DNA from: an uncultured Spirochaetales bacterium
GTDB taxonomy: Bacteria > Spirochaetota > Spirochaetia > Treponematales > JBGSOB01
DNA: 42,364 nucleotides
Assembly (NCBI GenBank): GCA_964538705.1
Contig: CAZIEI010000009.1
Location: 276 to 42,639, forward strand
Direction: 5' to 3'
Shown here in pieces: positions 17,708 through 25,696 of this stretch. The notes below the pieces were generated by a model. It did not search any database. It worked only from the letters and a program-made list of their open reading frames with translations, and had not been told where the DNA came from. How positions within the stretch are numbered: the stretch's first letter is position 1; each line of letters opens with the position of its first letter. Made by a program: the position numbers and the translations under genes.

Positions 17708-18533
17708 TAAGAACCGGGAATCACGGGATGAGACGACGGTAGGTCTTGCCGATCTGCTCGCCATCTTTATTAAGAAGCGCTGGCTCATCATTATCCCGAC
17801 TATCGTGAGCATTCTCGCCGTCGGGGGGATGTACGCGGCGGGTTTGATAGAGAAGCGCTCGAAAAGCCCGATGAATATTTTCGAGAAGAAGATGGAATTC
17901 ACCGTATACAATGATTATTCGGATTTCGTCGCATCGTACCTCTCATCTCCCGATCTTCTCTCTAGAGTTTTTATCGATTCAGAGAATCCGGATTCAGCTG
18001 ATGGGTTCGATGCCAAGTATCCCATCGTCAGAGTGGATTGGGAAACGAAAAAAAGATCCTTGAGCGAGAACCGGTCTGTGATCGTTCGGTCGCAGCCAGT
18101 CATCATCAACCGACGGAATGTATTGTTCAACCTGTCGGCTGAGAGCGAGGCGGCGCTCCTCTTGGCGGTCGAGCTAATAAACTCATCCCTGGACCGATAT
18201 ATTCAAGATTACAACGAGAAGATACAGATACGGTATCTCGAGCAGGTCAAATACGACGAATCCGAAAAGGCGGCCGTCGAAGCCTATGCGTTGTTCTTAG
18301 CGCAACAGCAGATAATCGTCATGCCTTTCAAGGAATCGGAAATCGCCGTTGCCCCAGTGCCTGTCGATCTCCCAAAACCCCGCACCCTCGTAACCATCGT
18401 CGCCGCCGTCTTTTGCCTCTCGATTTTCGCCGCCTTCATCGTGACTTGGCTGCAGGCCTTCGTGAAGAACGAGGACAACGTGAGGAAGCTCAGGGAAGCG
18501 CTCGGCCGCAAGCGAGGCAAGGGAGCTTCGTGA
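17694..18533 (+). CDS. Wzz-like polysaccharide co-polymerase (PCP-1-type chain-length determinant)
   Basis: Two-TM topology: N-terminal LADLLAIFIKKRWLIIIPTIVSILAVGGMYAAG and C-terminal TLVTIVAAVFCLSIFAAFIVTWL. The second TM is preceded by a Pro-rich APVPVDLPKP motif, with a ~200-aa soluble middle. Start trimmed to ATG 17694 (MTQNDK..). Confidence 0.55.
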   Translation: MTQNDKNRESRDETTVGLADLLAIFIKKRWLIIIPTIVSILAVGGMYAAGLIEKRSKSPMNIFEKKMEFTVYNDYSDFVASYLSSPDLLSRVFIDSENPDSADGFDAKYPIVRVDWETKKRSLSENRSVIVRSQPVIINRRNVLFNLSAESEAALLLAVELINSSLDRYIQDYNEKIQIRYLEQVKYDESEKAAVEAYALFLAQQQIIVMPFKESEIAVAPVPVDLPKPRTLVTIVAAVFCLSIFAAFIVTWLQAFVKNEDNVRKLREALGRKRGKGAS

Positions 18534-20032
18534 GGATACTCAGGTTCGCCCTGCTCAACCTGGGGCGTAACAAGGCGCGGAGCTTCCTCATCGGGACCAT
18601 CATGGCCGCCGGGACCGCGGTCGTCGTCCTCTCCGCGGGACTGATGGAGACGTCGGGCGAACGGCTCGAGGCCGCCTACGCGGGAGGGCTCACGGGCGAT
18701 TTCGCCGTCCTTCCCGCAACCGGTGCGGGATCGGGGCTGTTCGGCGACGAGACGCCCATCGTGAGCGACTACGCCGTCATGCCCGCCCTGGCGGGATATC
18801 GGGAGCTGAATGCCGCCCTGTCGACCATTGACGGGCTCGCCGATCGCGTCCCCGCCCTCGGCACCCAGGCGGTGCTCCAGGCAGAAGGATTCAACAGCCA
18901 GGTCTTCGCGTTCGGAGCCGAGGCGCGGGACTATTTCCGGGCGCTTCGCGGGATCAGCCTCGTCTCGGGCGCCCTCCCCGGAGTCGACGAGCGCTGGGTG
19001 CTCCTGAACGCGGCGAAGTGGAGGGAAGCAAACGGAGCCCTCGGCCGCGATCTCGTGATAGGCGAGACCCTCCAGCTGAGCGTCTTCTCAAACACGGGCT
19101 TCAAGCTCAGGCCGGTGCGGTTCGCAGGGGTATTCGAGTACGAGGCTCCGTCTTCTGTTTTCGAGAAGGTGGTTCTCTGCGATCCCACGACGGCCCGTTC
19201 GCTCTCGGGTTTCACTCTCGGATATTCGAGGGCCGATATCGAGGAATCGGCCGCTGGAGAAGCGGCGTCAGATGAGAATCCTGGCGGAATGAGCGCGGAT
19301 GATCTTGATGATTTATTCTCCGATGCGGCGCCTGTCCGATCGGGCGGCTCCGAAGCGGGAGGCGGCGCGGGGAGCGTCCTGGCCGACGTAGAGGCGCGGC
19401 TCGCCGATTCCGAAGCGCGGGAGGAGCTGACCCTGACGGACGATTCCGCGTGGAACTACGTCATCCTCCGCGCGAAGGCAGGGGTATCGAGGCGCGAGCT
19501 CCGGTCGGCGCTCAGGACCGCGCTCTCGGGATTCAGCGCCGGGTACCGTCTCCTCGGTTGGAAGAAGGCGGCCGGTATGTCCGCTCAGACGGTCTTCATC
19601 CTCCAGGCGTTCCTTTCGGGCGGGCTCGCCTTCGTCATGGCGGGCGTGGCCCTCATCCTCATGAACAGCCTCTTCATCGCCGTCATCGAGCGTACCAAGG
19701 AGATCGGGACGATGCGCGCCCTCGGCGCCTTGCGTTCCTTCGTGGCCCTCGAGTTCGCCGCGGAAGCCGGGCTCCTCGCCGTCGCCTCAGGCCTCGCGGG
19801 CGCTGCCATCGGACTGGCGATCATGCTCGCGATCAGGGCATCGGGCGGAATCGCGCTCGACAACGAGCTCCTCGCGACCCTGTTCGGCAGTCGCCGTTTG
19901 ATGCCCGCGATCGGCCCTGTCTCGGCGGCGCTCTCGGCAGGGCTCGTGGCCGCCGTGGCGGCGCTCTCGTGGATCGTGCCCGTGAGGCTCGCGTCGGGCA
20001 TCGAGCCCGGAAGGGCGATGAGAGAGGAATGA
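18530..20032 (+). CDS. FtsX-family ABC transporter permease (MacB/LolC/LolE-like, type VII), copy 1, with an acidic low-complexity insert in the periplasmic loop
   Basis: N-terminus VRILRFALLNLGRNKARSFL + TM1, a ~330-aa loop, then the FtsX signature IAVIERTKEIGTMRALGALRSFV and three TMs. GTG start 18530 overlaps the PCP stop (GTGA); the track ORF from 18413 is upstream read-through. Confidence 0.8.
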   Translation: MRILRFALLNLGRNKARSFLIGTIMAAGTAVVVLSAGLMETSGERLEAAYAGGLTGDFAVLPATGAGSGLFGDETPIVSDYAVMPALAGYRELNAALSTIDGLADRVPALGTQAVLQAEGFNSQVFAFGAEARDYFRALRGISLVSGALPGVDERWVLLNAAKWREANGALGRDLVIGETLQLSVFSNTGFKLRPVRFAGVFEYEAPSSVFEKVVLCDPTTARSLSGFTLGYSRADIEESAAGEAASDENPGGMSADDLDDLFSDAAPVRSGGSEAGGGAGSVLADVEARLADSEAREELTLTDDSAWNYVILRAKAGVSRRELRSALRTALSGFSAGYRLLGWKKAAGMSAQTVFILQAFLSGGLAFVMAGVALILMNSLFIAVIERTKEIGTMRALGALRSFVALEFAAEAGLLAVASGLAGAAIGLAIMLAIRASGGIALDNELLATLFGSRRLMPAIGPVSAALSAGLVAAVAALSWIVPVRLASGIEPGRAMREE

Positions 20033-21315
20033 GGGCCTACGCGATGATCGCGGCGCGCAACGTCGTCGCCCAGAGGAAGAAGTACTCGTTCATCGCCGCC
20101 GCGATGGTAATAGCCATGGCGATCATGACGCTCATCACGGGCGCGGCGAGTTCCATGATCGGGGCGATGAGCGACAAGGCGGCGCGCTACTTCTCCGGCC
20201 ACGTGACCCTCCTCGGGTACGACGGTTGGGAGGTAGGGCTCCGCGATCCTCTCGCCGTCATCGCGCGACTCGGCAGCGCGGGAGGAGCGCTCCGGGGAGC
20301 CGCGCCGCGGTCGGTCTCGTACGAGACGGAAGCGAAGCTCTACTTCAACGGCAATTCGATGCGCCAGCGGCGGCTCATCGGGGTGGACTACTCGTTCGAG
20401 AAGTCGGAATTCGAGCGCATGCGCTTCCTAGCGGGCGACGCTTCGGGGCTCGCCCGCGCAGATGGCATCCTCATCAGCGCGGAGGCCGCCCGGGTGCTCA
20501 AGGCGGGGCCGGGCGACGACGTGACGCTCTTCATCACGACGAAGTCAGGGCAGAACAACCTGGCCGTCTTCGTCGTCTCAGGCGTATTCGACGAATCGGC
20601 AATCTTCGGCTACGCGTCTTACGTCGACAGGAGGGCGCTCAACGAGGCCATGGGAACGGACCCGGACCTCGTCACGGAGCTCGCGCTCTTCGCGCGGACC
20701 GGCGTGGATTCGGGCGCCGCCGAATCGGCGGTGCGGAAGCGCGCGGCGTCCTGGCTCCCTCTCATGGACCCGATCCGTTCGAAGGACGAGCTCTCGAACT
20801 CGATACGCGCGAACGTCGGGTACCACCTTCCGGTCATCGCGGTGGACGCTCACTTGAAGCAAGTGCGCGACATAATCGGGGCCTTCCTCGCGGTAACGTA
20901 CGTCGTCCTCGTGGTGTTTCTGGTCATCATAGCCGTGGGCATTTCCAATACTATCAGGATCCTCGTGCGGGAACGGACAAGGGAGATAGGCGCGATGCGA
21001 GCACTCGGCGCCGCGAGGCCGGCCGTGGCGGGGCTCTTCCTCTTGGAAACGCTCTTTCTGACGGCGGCGAGCCTCGCGACCGGTTTGGCGCTGGGATGCC
21101 TCGCGCTCGCGGGATTCTCCGCCATCGACCTGGGGTCGGTGCAGGGCGCGGCGATGTTCCTGGAGAAGGGCCGCGTCCGCTTCCAGCTCGATACGGGCCT
21201 CCTGGCCCTTAACGCCGCCATCATCACGGCGATTTCGCTCCTCGCGTCGGCCGGACCGGCGCTCAAGGCCGCTCGAACGGAACCGGCGCTCGCGATGGGT
21301 ACGGGGGCATCATGA
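20029..21315 (+). CDS. FtsX-family ABC transporter permease (MacB/LolC/LolE-like), copy 2
   Basis: N-terminus MRAYAMIAARNVVAQRKKYSFIAAAMVIAM (TM1), a large loop, then ILVRERTREIGAMRALGAARPAV and three TMs. ATGA overlap at 20029-20032. The track ORF starting at 19450 is an R/G-rich read-through overlapping copy 1. Confidence 0.8.
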   Translation: MRAYAMIAARNVVAQRKKYSFIAAAMVIAMAIMTLITGAASSMIGAMSDKAARYFSGHVTLLGYDGWEVGLRDPLAVIARLGSAGGALRGAAPRSVSYETEAKLYFNGNSMRQRRLIGVDYSFEKSEFERMRFLAGDASGLARADGILISAEAARVLKAGPGDDVTLFITTKSGQNNLAVFVVSGVFDESAIFGYASYVDRRALNEAMGTDPDLVTELALFARTGVDSGAAESAVRKRAASWLPLMDPIRSKDELSNSIRANVGYHLPVIAVDAHLKQVRDIIGAFLAVTYVVLVVFLVIIAVGISNTIRILVRERTREIGAMRALGAARPAVAGLFLLETLFLTAASLATGLALGCLALAGFSAIDLGSVQGAAMFLEKGRVRFQLDTGLLALNAAIITAISLLASAGPALKAARTEPALAMGTGAS

Positions 21316-22103
21316 AAGCGATCAGAATAGCCGCGTTCGCGTTCGCCTGCGCGGCGCTCTCGGCGCGAAGCGCGGCGGTCTCGGCGCAAAACGGGAAAGA
21401 CGCTCCGGCGAAGCTCCTCGCGGCCGTCGACGATCTCCTCACCTTCGACGCCGAGGACCTCTCGGCGGAGATCCGGGTGCAGCAATCGAGCCCCGGAGGC
21501 GGAACGTCCACGACGGTCGCCGCGCTATTCAGGCGGGACAGGAAGGGGCAGTACCTGATCCTCGTCCTCGAGCCCGAGATCGACAAGGGCAAGGGCTACC
21601 TCAAGATGGACGACTCGGTCTGGCTCTACGATCCTGTGGGCAGGCGGTTCACCTTCTCGAGCGCCAAGGAACGCTTCGAGGGAACGGGCGCGAGCAACTC
21701 CGATTTCTCGGGATCGACGCTCGCGAAGGATTACCGAGTCGCGGCCTCCAAGCGCGAGAAGCTCGGCGCCTACGAATGCGACGTGCTAGACCTCGAGGCG
21801 CTGAACGACCGCGTCGCCTACCCCAAGAAGCGCGTATGGGTCTCTACGGACGGTCTCCTCAGGAAATACGAGGACTACAGCCTCTCCGGAAAGCTCATGA
21901 GGACGACGGCGATCCCGGCGTATCAGAAGAAGGGCGCCACGCAGGTTCCCTCGACTCTGGTGGTGCTCGATCACCTCAAGTCGAAAGTCGTCAACGGGAA
22001 GACCCAATACGAGAGGACGACGGTGACCCTCAGCAAGATTTCCCTCGAGAAGCTCCCCGACATCATGTTCACGAAGGAATATCTCGAGAAGGTGAACCGA
22101 TGA
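21312..22103 (+). CDS. Periplasmic LolA-like 'outer membrane lipoprotein-sorting' family protein
   Basis: Signal peptide MKAIRIAAFAFACAALSARSAAVSA. The body pattern (..LLAAVDDLLTFDAEDLSAEIRVQ.., ..GKGYLKMDDSVWLYDPVGRRFTF.., ..SNSDFSGSTLAKDY) fits the LolA_like family as I recall it. ATGA overlap. Confidence 0.7.
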   Translation: MKAIRIAAFAFACAALSARSAAVSAQNGKDAPAKLLAAVDDLLTFDAEDLSAEIRVQQSSPGGGTSTTVAALFRRDRKGQYLILVLEPEIDKGKGYLKMDDSVWLYDPVGRRFTFSSAKERFEGTGASNSDFSGSTLAKDYRVAASKREKLGAYECDVLDLEALNDRVAYPKKRVWVSTDGLLRKYEDYSLSGKLMRTTAIPAYQKKGATQVPSTLVVLDHLKSKVVNGKTQYERTTVTLSKISLEKLPDIMFTKEYLEKVNR

Positions 22104-23443
22104 TCGGGGGAATCGCCGTTGAGGCGGGGCGGCTCCCGCGAGCCAGGGCGCTCGCGCTCATCGCGGCGCTCATCGCGGGCGTCGCGGGTCGTGCGCCTGC
22201 GGAGGAGCCGGCTCCGGCAGCGGACGAAACGCCCGCCGTCTCCGCTGAGGAAGGCCTGGACGGGCTCTTCGATGAGCCCGCGGGTTCAGCCGAGGATGGC
22301 GACGACGTCCAGGGGCCGGCGGACGGGAAGCCAGCGGAAGACGGTCAGGCCGCGGGAGACGGCGAGGGCGGTACCGTGCTCGATCGGCTCAAGGAGAAAA
22401 AGGGGATCAACCTCCGCGGTTCGTTCTACTCTTCCGCGGGCGTGACCTGCGGATGGACGGACGTCCCCGATTTCAACGACCTCTCGAACGGATTTTTCTA
22501 CCAGCCCGGGGCGAGCATGGAGGCGCTTCTCGGCATCGACGCGAGCCCCGACCCGGACTTCCGCTTCTACACTCAGGTCGGCGCGCGCCTGGGATCGGAA
22601 TTCTCCTTCACGGAGTTCTACCTCAAGGAGCTCTTCGCGGACGTATCGCTCGGAGATATCGCCCTGCTCCGCATCGGGCAGAGCAAGGTCTCGTGGGGGA
22701 ACGGAAGGATCTTCTCTCCCGCCAACCTCGCGTCATGGGCGGACGGGACGGTGAACGCCCGGCTCGCCTTCCCCACACTGCTCGGCGGGCTCACGGGGAT
22801 CATCGCCGCCAACACTTCGCTTTATGACGAGCCGAGCCTCGAGGCGCTCTATTCCGCCGCCAAGCTCGACATCGTGCTGGGCCGAGCGCAGCTCTCGGTC
22901 ATGGGCGGGGCCCAGATGAACCTCGGCGCGAGGGCGGCCATGAGCCTCAAGACGGTGGTCCTGGGCGTCGACCTTACGGGCGAGGCCTCGCTCGGATACA
23001 AGGACGTCGGGGGCGGAGCGTATTTTCCCGCGGCCATGGCGGGCTTCTTCAAGGAGTGGAAGGGCCCGGGGATCATCCTTAACGCCGAGTACCTCTTCGA
23101 TTCGGAGCGATACGTCCTCTGGACGTCCGATCCGGTCAATTACGAGAAGGCGGGATACAACCACGCCGCCTGCCTCCAGTTCGCCTGGTCCAACGTCTTA
23201 GGCGACCTCGATTTCGGCTTCCGCTGGGCGCATTCCTTCACCGAGGCTTCGGGAAGCGCGCAGATCGGGTTCAGCCATCCGCTCTGGAACCACGTCAAGC
23301 TCAACCTCGCGTTCCCGGTGAACTACGGGCTTAACAGCGCGTACTATCAGGAGCGGTTCGAGGAGGACGACGAGCGGGCTTCCTTCCTCTCGGCCTTCGG
23401 CTTCGGCGCCGGCGTCGGCATCGGGATCTCGGCGGAGTTCTGA
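22100..23443 (+). CDS. Secreted protein, predicted outer-membrane beta-barrel, with an acidic N-terminal linker
   Basis: Signal peptide (..ALALIAALIAGVAGRAPA/EE), a ~70-aa E/D/G/A/P linker, then alternating hydrophobic beta-strand-like segments rich in G/Y/F/N. It ends ..GIGISAEF (terminal Phe, typical of OMP beta-signals). ATGA overlap at 22100; the track ORF from 21776 is read-through. Confidence 0.5.
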   Translation: MIGGIAVEAGRLPRARALALIAALIAGVAGRAPAEEPAPAADETPAVSAEEGLDGLFDEPAGSAEDGDDVQGPADGKPAEDGQAAGDGEGGTVLDRLKEKKGINLRGSFYSSAGVTCGWTDVPDFNDLSNGFFYQPGASMEALLGIDASPDPDFRFYTQVGARLGSEFSFTEFYLKELFADVSLGDIALLRIGQSKVSWGNGRIFSPANLASWADGTVNARLAFPTLLGGLTGIIAANTSLYDEPSLEALYSAAKLDIVLGRAQLSVMGGAQMNLGARAAMSLKTVVLGVDLTGEASLGYKDVGGGAYFPAAMAGFFKEWKGPGIILNAEYLFDSERYVLWTSDPVNYEKAGYNHAACLQFAWSNVLGDLDFGFRWAHSFTEASGSAQIGFSHPLWNHVKLNLAFPVNYGLNSAYYQERFEEDDERASFLSAFGFGAGVGIGISAEF

Positions 23444-23450
23444 GGACGGC

Positions 23451-24152
23451 ATGGTAGCGAAAAGCCCCCCGCTCATCGATCGCGTCGGCGGCAGCTCGGT
23501 CGCCGAGACGATCACCGCGCTCCACGGGATTTACCTCGAGGCGGATGCCGCGACCGCGCGCTTCTCGCTCATGAGCGGCATCTCCTGCTCGTCCGACTGC
23601 GGAGGCGTCTGCTGCAAAGGCTTCGAACCCGACGTGACCGAGGCGGAGGCGCTGTATCTGGCCGCTTGGATCATCGAATCGGGAGCGGACCCGGAAGCGG
23701 CGTTTCCGCGGGGCGCCGCTGACGGCGAGTACCGACCGCCCGATGGAACGGGCTGCCCCTTCTGGGATCGGTCCGGTTCGGGGCGATGCGGGGTCTATCC
23801 CGGACGAGGTCTCATATGCCGCCTCTTCGGGTTCGCCGCGCTTCGCGGGGCGGACGGGGAGAAGAGCTTCGCTCTCTGCTTCGCGATGGATCGGAACCAC
23901 ACGGGACCGCGGAAATGGCGAGAAGGAGATAGCGACTTTTTCGAGATCGCCGACCCTCCCGTCATGGCGGACTACGGCGCGCGCGTCGAGGCGCTTTCGC
24001 CGGGGGGAGGGCGCGAGGGCCTGGGCGGAGCCGTGGCGAAGGCGCTCGCGAAGCTGACGCTCATCCTCAGGTTCGGGGGAAGTCCGGGGAACGACCCGGG
24101 CGGCGAGGGTCCGCTCTCAGGAGGGCTCGGACCCGCGAGCGGCGCGGCGTAG
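23451..24152 (+). CDS. YkgJ-family cysteine-cluster protein (putative Zn/Fe-chelating domain, CxxCxxCC type)
   Basis: Motifs CSSDCGGVCCKGFEP, GCPFWD and RCGVYPGRGLICRLFG. The 3' end overlaps the convergent downstream gene by 36 nt. Confidence 0.6.
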   Translation: MVAKSPPLIDRVGGSSVAETITALHGIYLEADAATARFSLMSGISCSSDCGGVCCKGFEPDVTEAEALYLAAWIIESGADPEAAFPRGAADGEYRPPDGTGCPFWDRSGSGRCGVYPGRGLICRLFGFAALRGADGEKSFALCFAMDRNHTGPRKWREGDSDFFEIADPPVMADYGARVEALSPGGGREGLGGAVAKALAKLTLILRFGGSPGNDPGGEGPLSGGLGPASGAA

Positions 24153-25682
24153 GGCCGCGGCGATCCTTCCTAAGGGGCCTTTGGGAAGGAGCTCCCGCGC
24201 TTCCTCGAGCGGATTGCGGAATGTCCGTCTCGCGAGGTCGAGGTCTTTTTTACCGCCTCCGGCCTCCCTCACGGCGGCTTCGAGCCTCCGTTCGGTCTCT
24301 TCCGCGATGAGGAAGACGTCTCTCGAGATCCCTTCGTCCGATTCGATCCCCGCGTAGAGCGCGCGAAGCGCTCCTGCGGCCTCTATCGCCGCGGAGGCGA
24401 GGACGAAAGCCGACCGCTCCGCTTCCCAACCGCGCCTCCCCGAGTATTCGGTCTTGGACTTTTCGAGCGAGGCCTTCGCGCAGTCGAGGAAGGCGTACAC
24501 GCGGTCGTAGCGTTCGGCTGCGATTCGATGGAACGGCTTAGGGTCGCCACGCGGATCCAGCGGGCTCGTTCGGCGCGGCGTTTCCTCTCCCTCGGGAGCG
24601 CTTTCGCGGGCGAGGACGAGACGCCAGGCTTCCTCGAGGTCCCGATAATACGAGATCATCGCTTCCTCGGAATCGGCGGAGGACGCGGGACCGAAGGAGG
24701 ATCGGACGAATTCGCGGAGATCGCGTGGGGAAGAGAAACATGCGCGCGAGAAGGCCCAGGCGTTGGCGTCCGGCCGGTCGACGAAGCGCGATGGCATGCG
24801 GAGCTCCGCGCCGTCGAAGCCCATCGATACGGCATGCTCGACGTCCGCGCTTACGAGCGACGGCAGGAGGGGGGGCTGGATCCCGAACGCCCGTTCGTCG
24901 CCGTAATCGAGCAGGATCGCCGCGCTCCCGCCGCCGACCGCCTTCCATCCCTGAAGGGCATCACGGAGCGTCGCGCTTCTGAACGGTGCGTTGCGTTCGC
25001 AGGTCGCGTCGCCGAGGGCGTGGCCGCGGCAGCGTCTCCTGTCGTCGATGACGAGCCTGAGCCCGTGGAGCGCAGCCGCTTCCGGCCCTTCGGATGCCGA
25101 TCGGGCCGCGTCCACTATGCGCGCCGCCGTCTCGGGATCGCAGAGGATCGCGGTGCCTGGACGCGCGCCGCTTTGGGCTTCCGCCGAAAGCCGCTTGATC
25201 AGGTCGGCGGGCTCCTCGTCCTCGTTACGATCGCTCTCCGAGCCCTCCGTAGCGATGGCGGAGAAGGCCCGCGATTCCGCGCGCTCGACGAGGTCGCCCT
25301 CGGCGTCCGAGGCGAAGACGGCGATTCGCTCGCGGATCGCCGCTATCCTGCGTGCGCTCGCCTTGTCGAATGCGGGCCCGCCCGTACGGAGTTCCGCGTT
25401 CCCGAAGGGGAGAACGAGGCCGGAGGCCTCGAGGAAATCGTAGATCGCCCAGGGCAATGCGTCGAGAGAATCCGAGAAGATCTCTATGCGATGGGGCGAC
25501 CTTCGCCACGACCAGGCATGGTCCGGGCCCGATCCGAAATTGAGGATGGCGACGGGATCGTCGCCGTCGGAGGGGACGGCGGCGATACGGACGCCGAGTA
25601 GGGCGAGGCCCCGCCCGAGCGACGCGGCGGCGGCGACGACCCGCGGGCTTTCATCGGCCGTCTGGATGGTCCAAGATTCCAT
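24117..25682 (-). CDS. Hypothetical cytoplasmic protein (521 aa), no family confidently recognised
   Basis: Strong G/C third-position bias in this frame across the whole ORF (checked codon by codon), and a balanced amino-acid composition. The antisense + ORF (24528..25601) is R/G-rich. Start set at ATG 25682 (MESWTIQT), 14 nt after the GGDEF gene's stop; the track's 25700 is a TTG. Confidence 0.6.
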   Translation of the reverse strand: MESWTIQTADESPRVVAAAASLGRGLALLGVRIAAVPSDGDDPVAILNFGSGPDHAWSWRRSPHRIEIFSDSLDALPWAIYDFLEASGLVLPFGNAELRTGGPAFDKASARRIAAIRERIAVFASDAEGDLVERAESRAFSAIATEGSESDRNEDEEPADLIKRLSAEAQSGARPGTAILCDPETAARIVDAARSASEGPEAAALHGLRLVIDDRRRCRGHALGDATCERNAPFRSATLRDALQGWKAVGGGSAAILLDYGDERAFGIQPPLLPSLVSADVEHAVSMGFDGAELRMPSRFVDRPDANAWAFSRACFSSPRDLREFVRSSFGPASSADSEEAMISYYRDLEEAWRLVLARESAPEGEETPRRTSPLDPRGDPKPFHRIAAERYDRVYAFLDCAKASLEKSKTEYSGRRGWEAERSAFVLASAAIEAAGALRALYAGIESDEGISRDVFLIAEETERRLEAAVREAGGGKKDLDLARRTFRNPLEEARELLPKGPLGRIAAALRRAARGSEPS

Positions 25683-25696
25683 GGAACGGGCCCGTC

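Noticed and set aside
19450-20028. N-terminal 193-aa extension of the second permease ORF (track ORF 19450..21315)
   Set aside because: It is an R/G/P-rich shadow frame overlapping the well-supported 3' half of permease 1. The ATG at 20029 forms an ATGA overlap and gives a canonical FtsX N-terminus.
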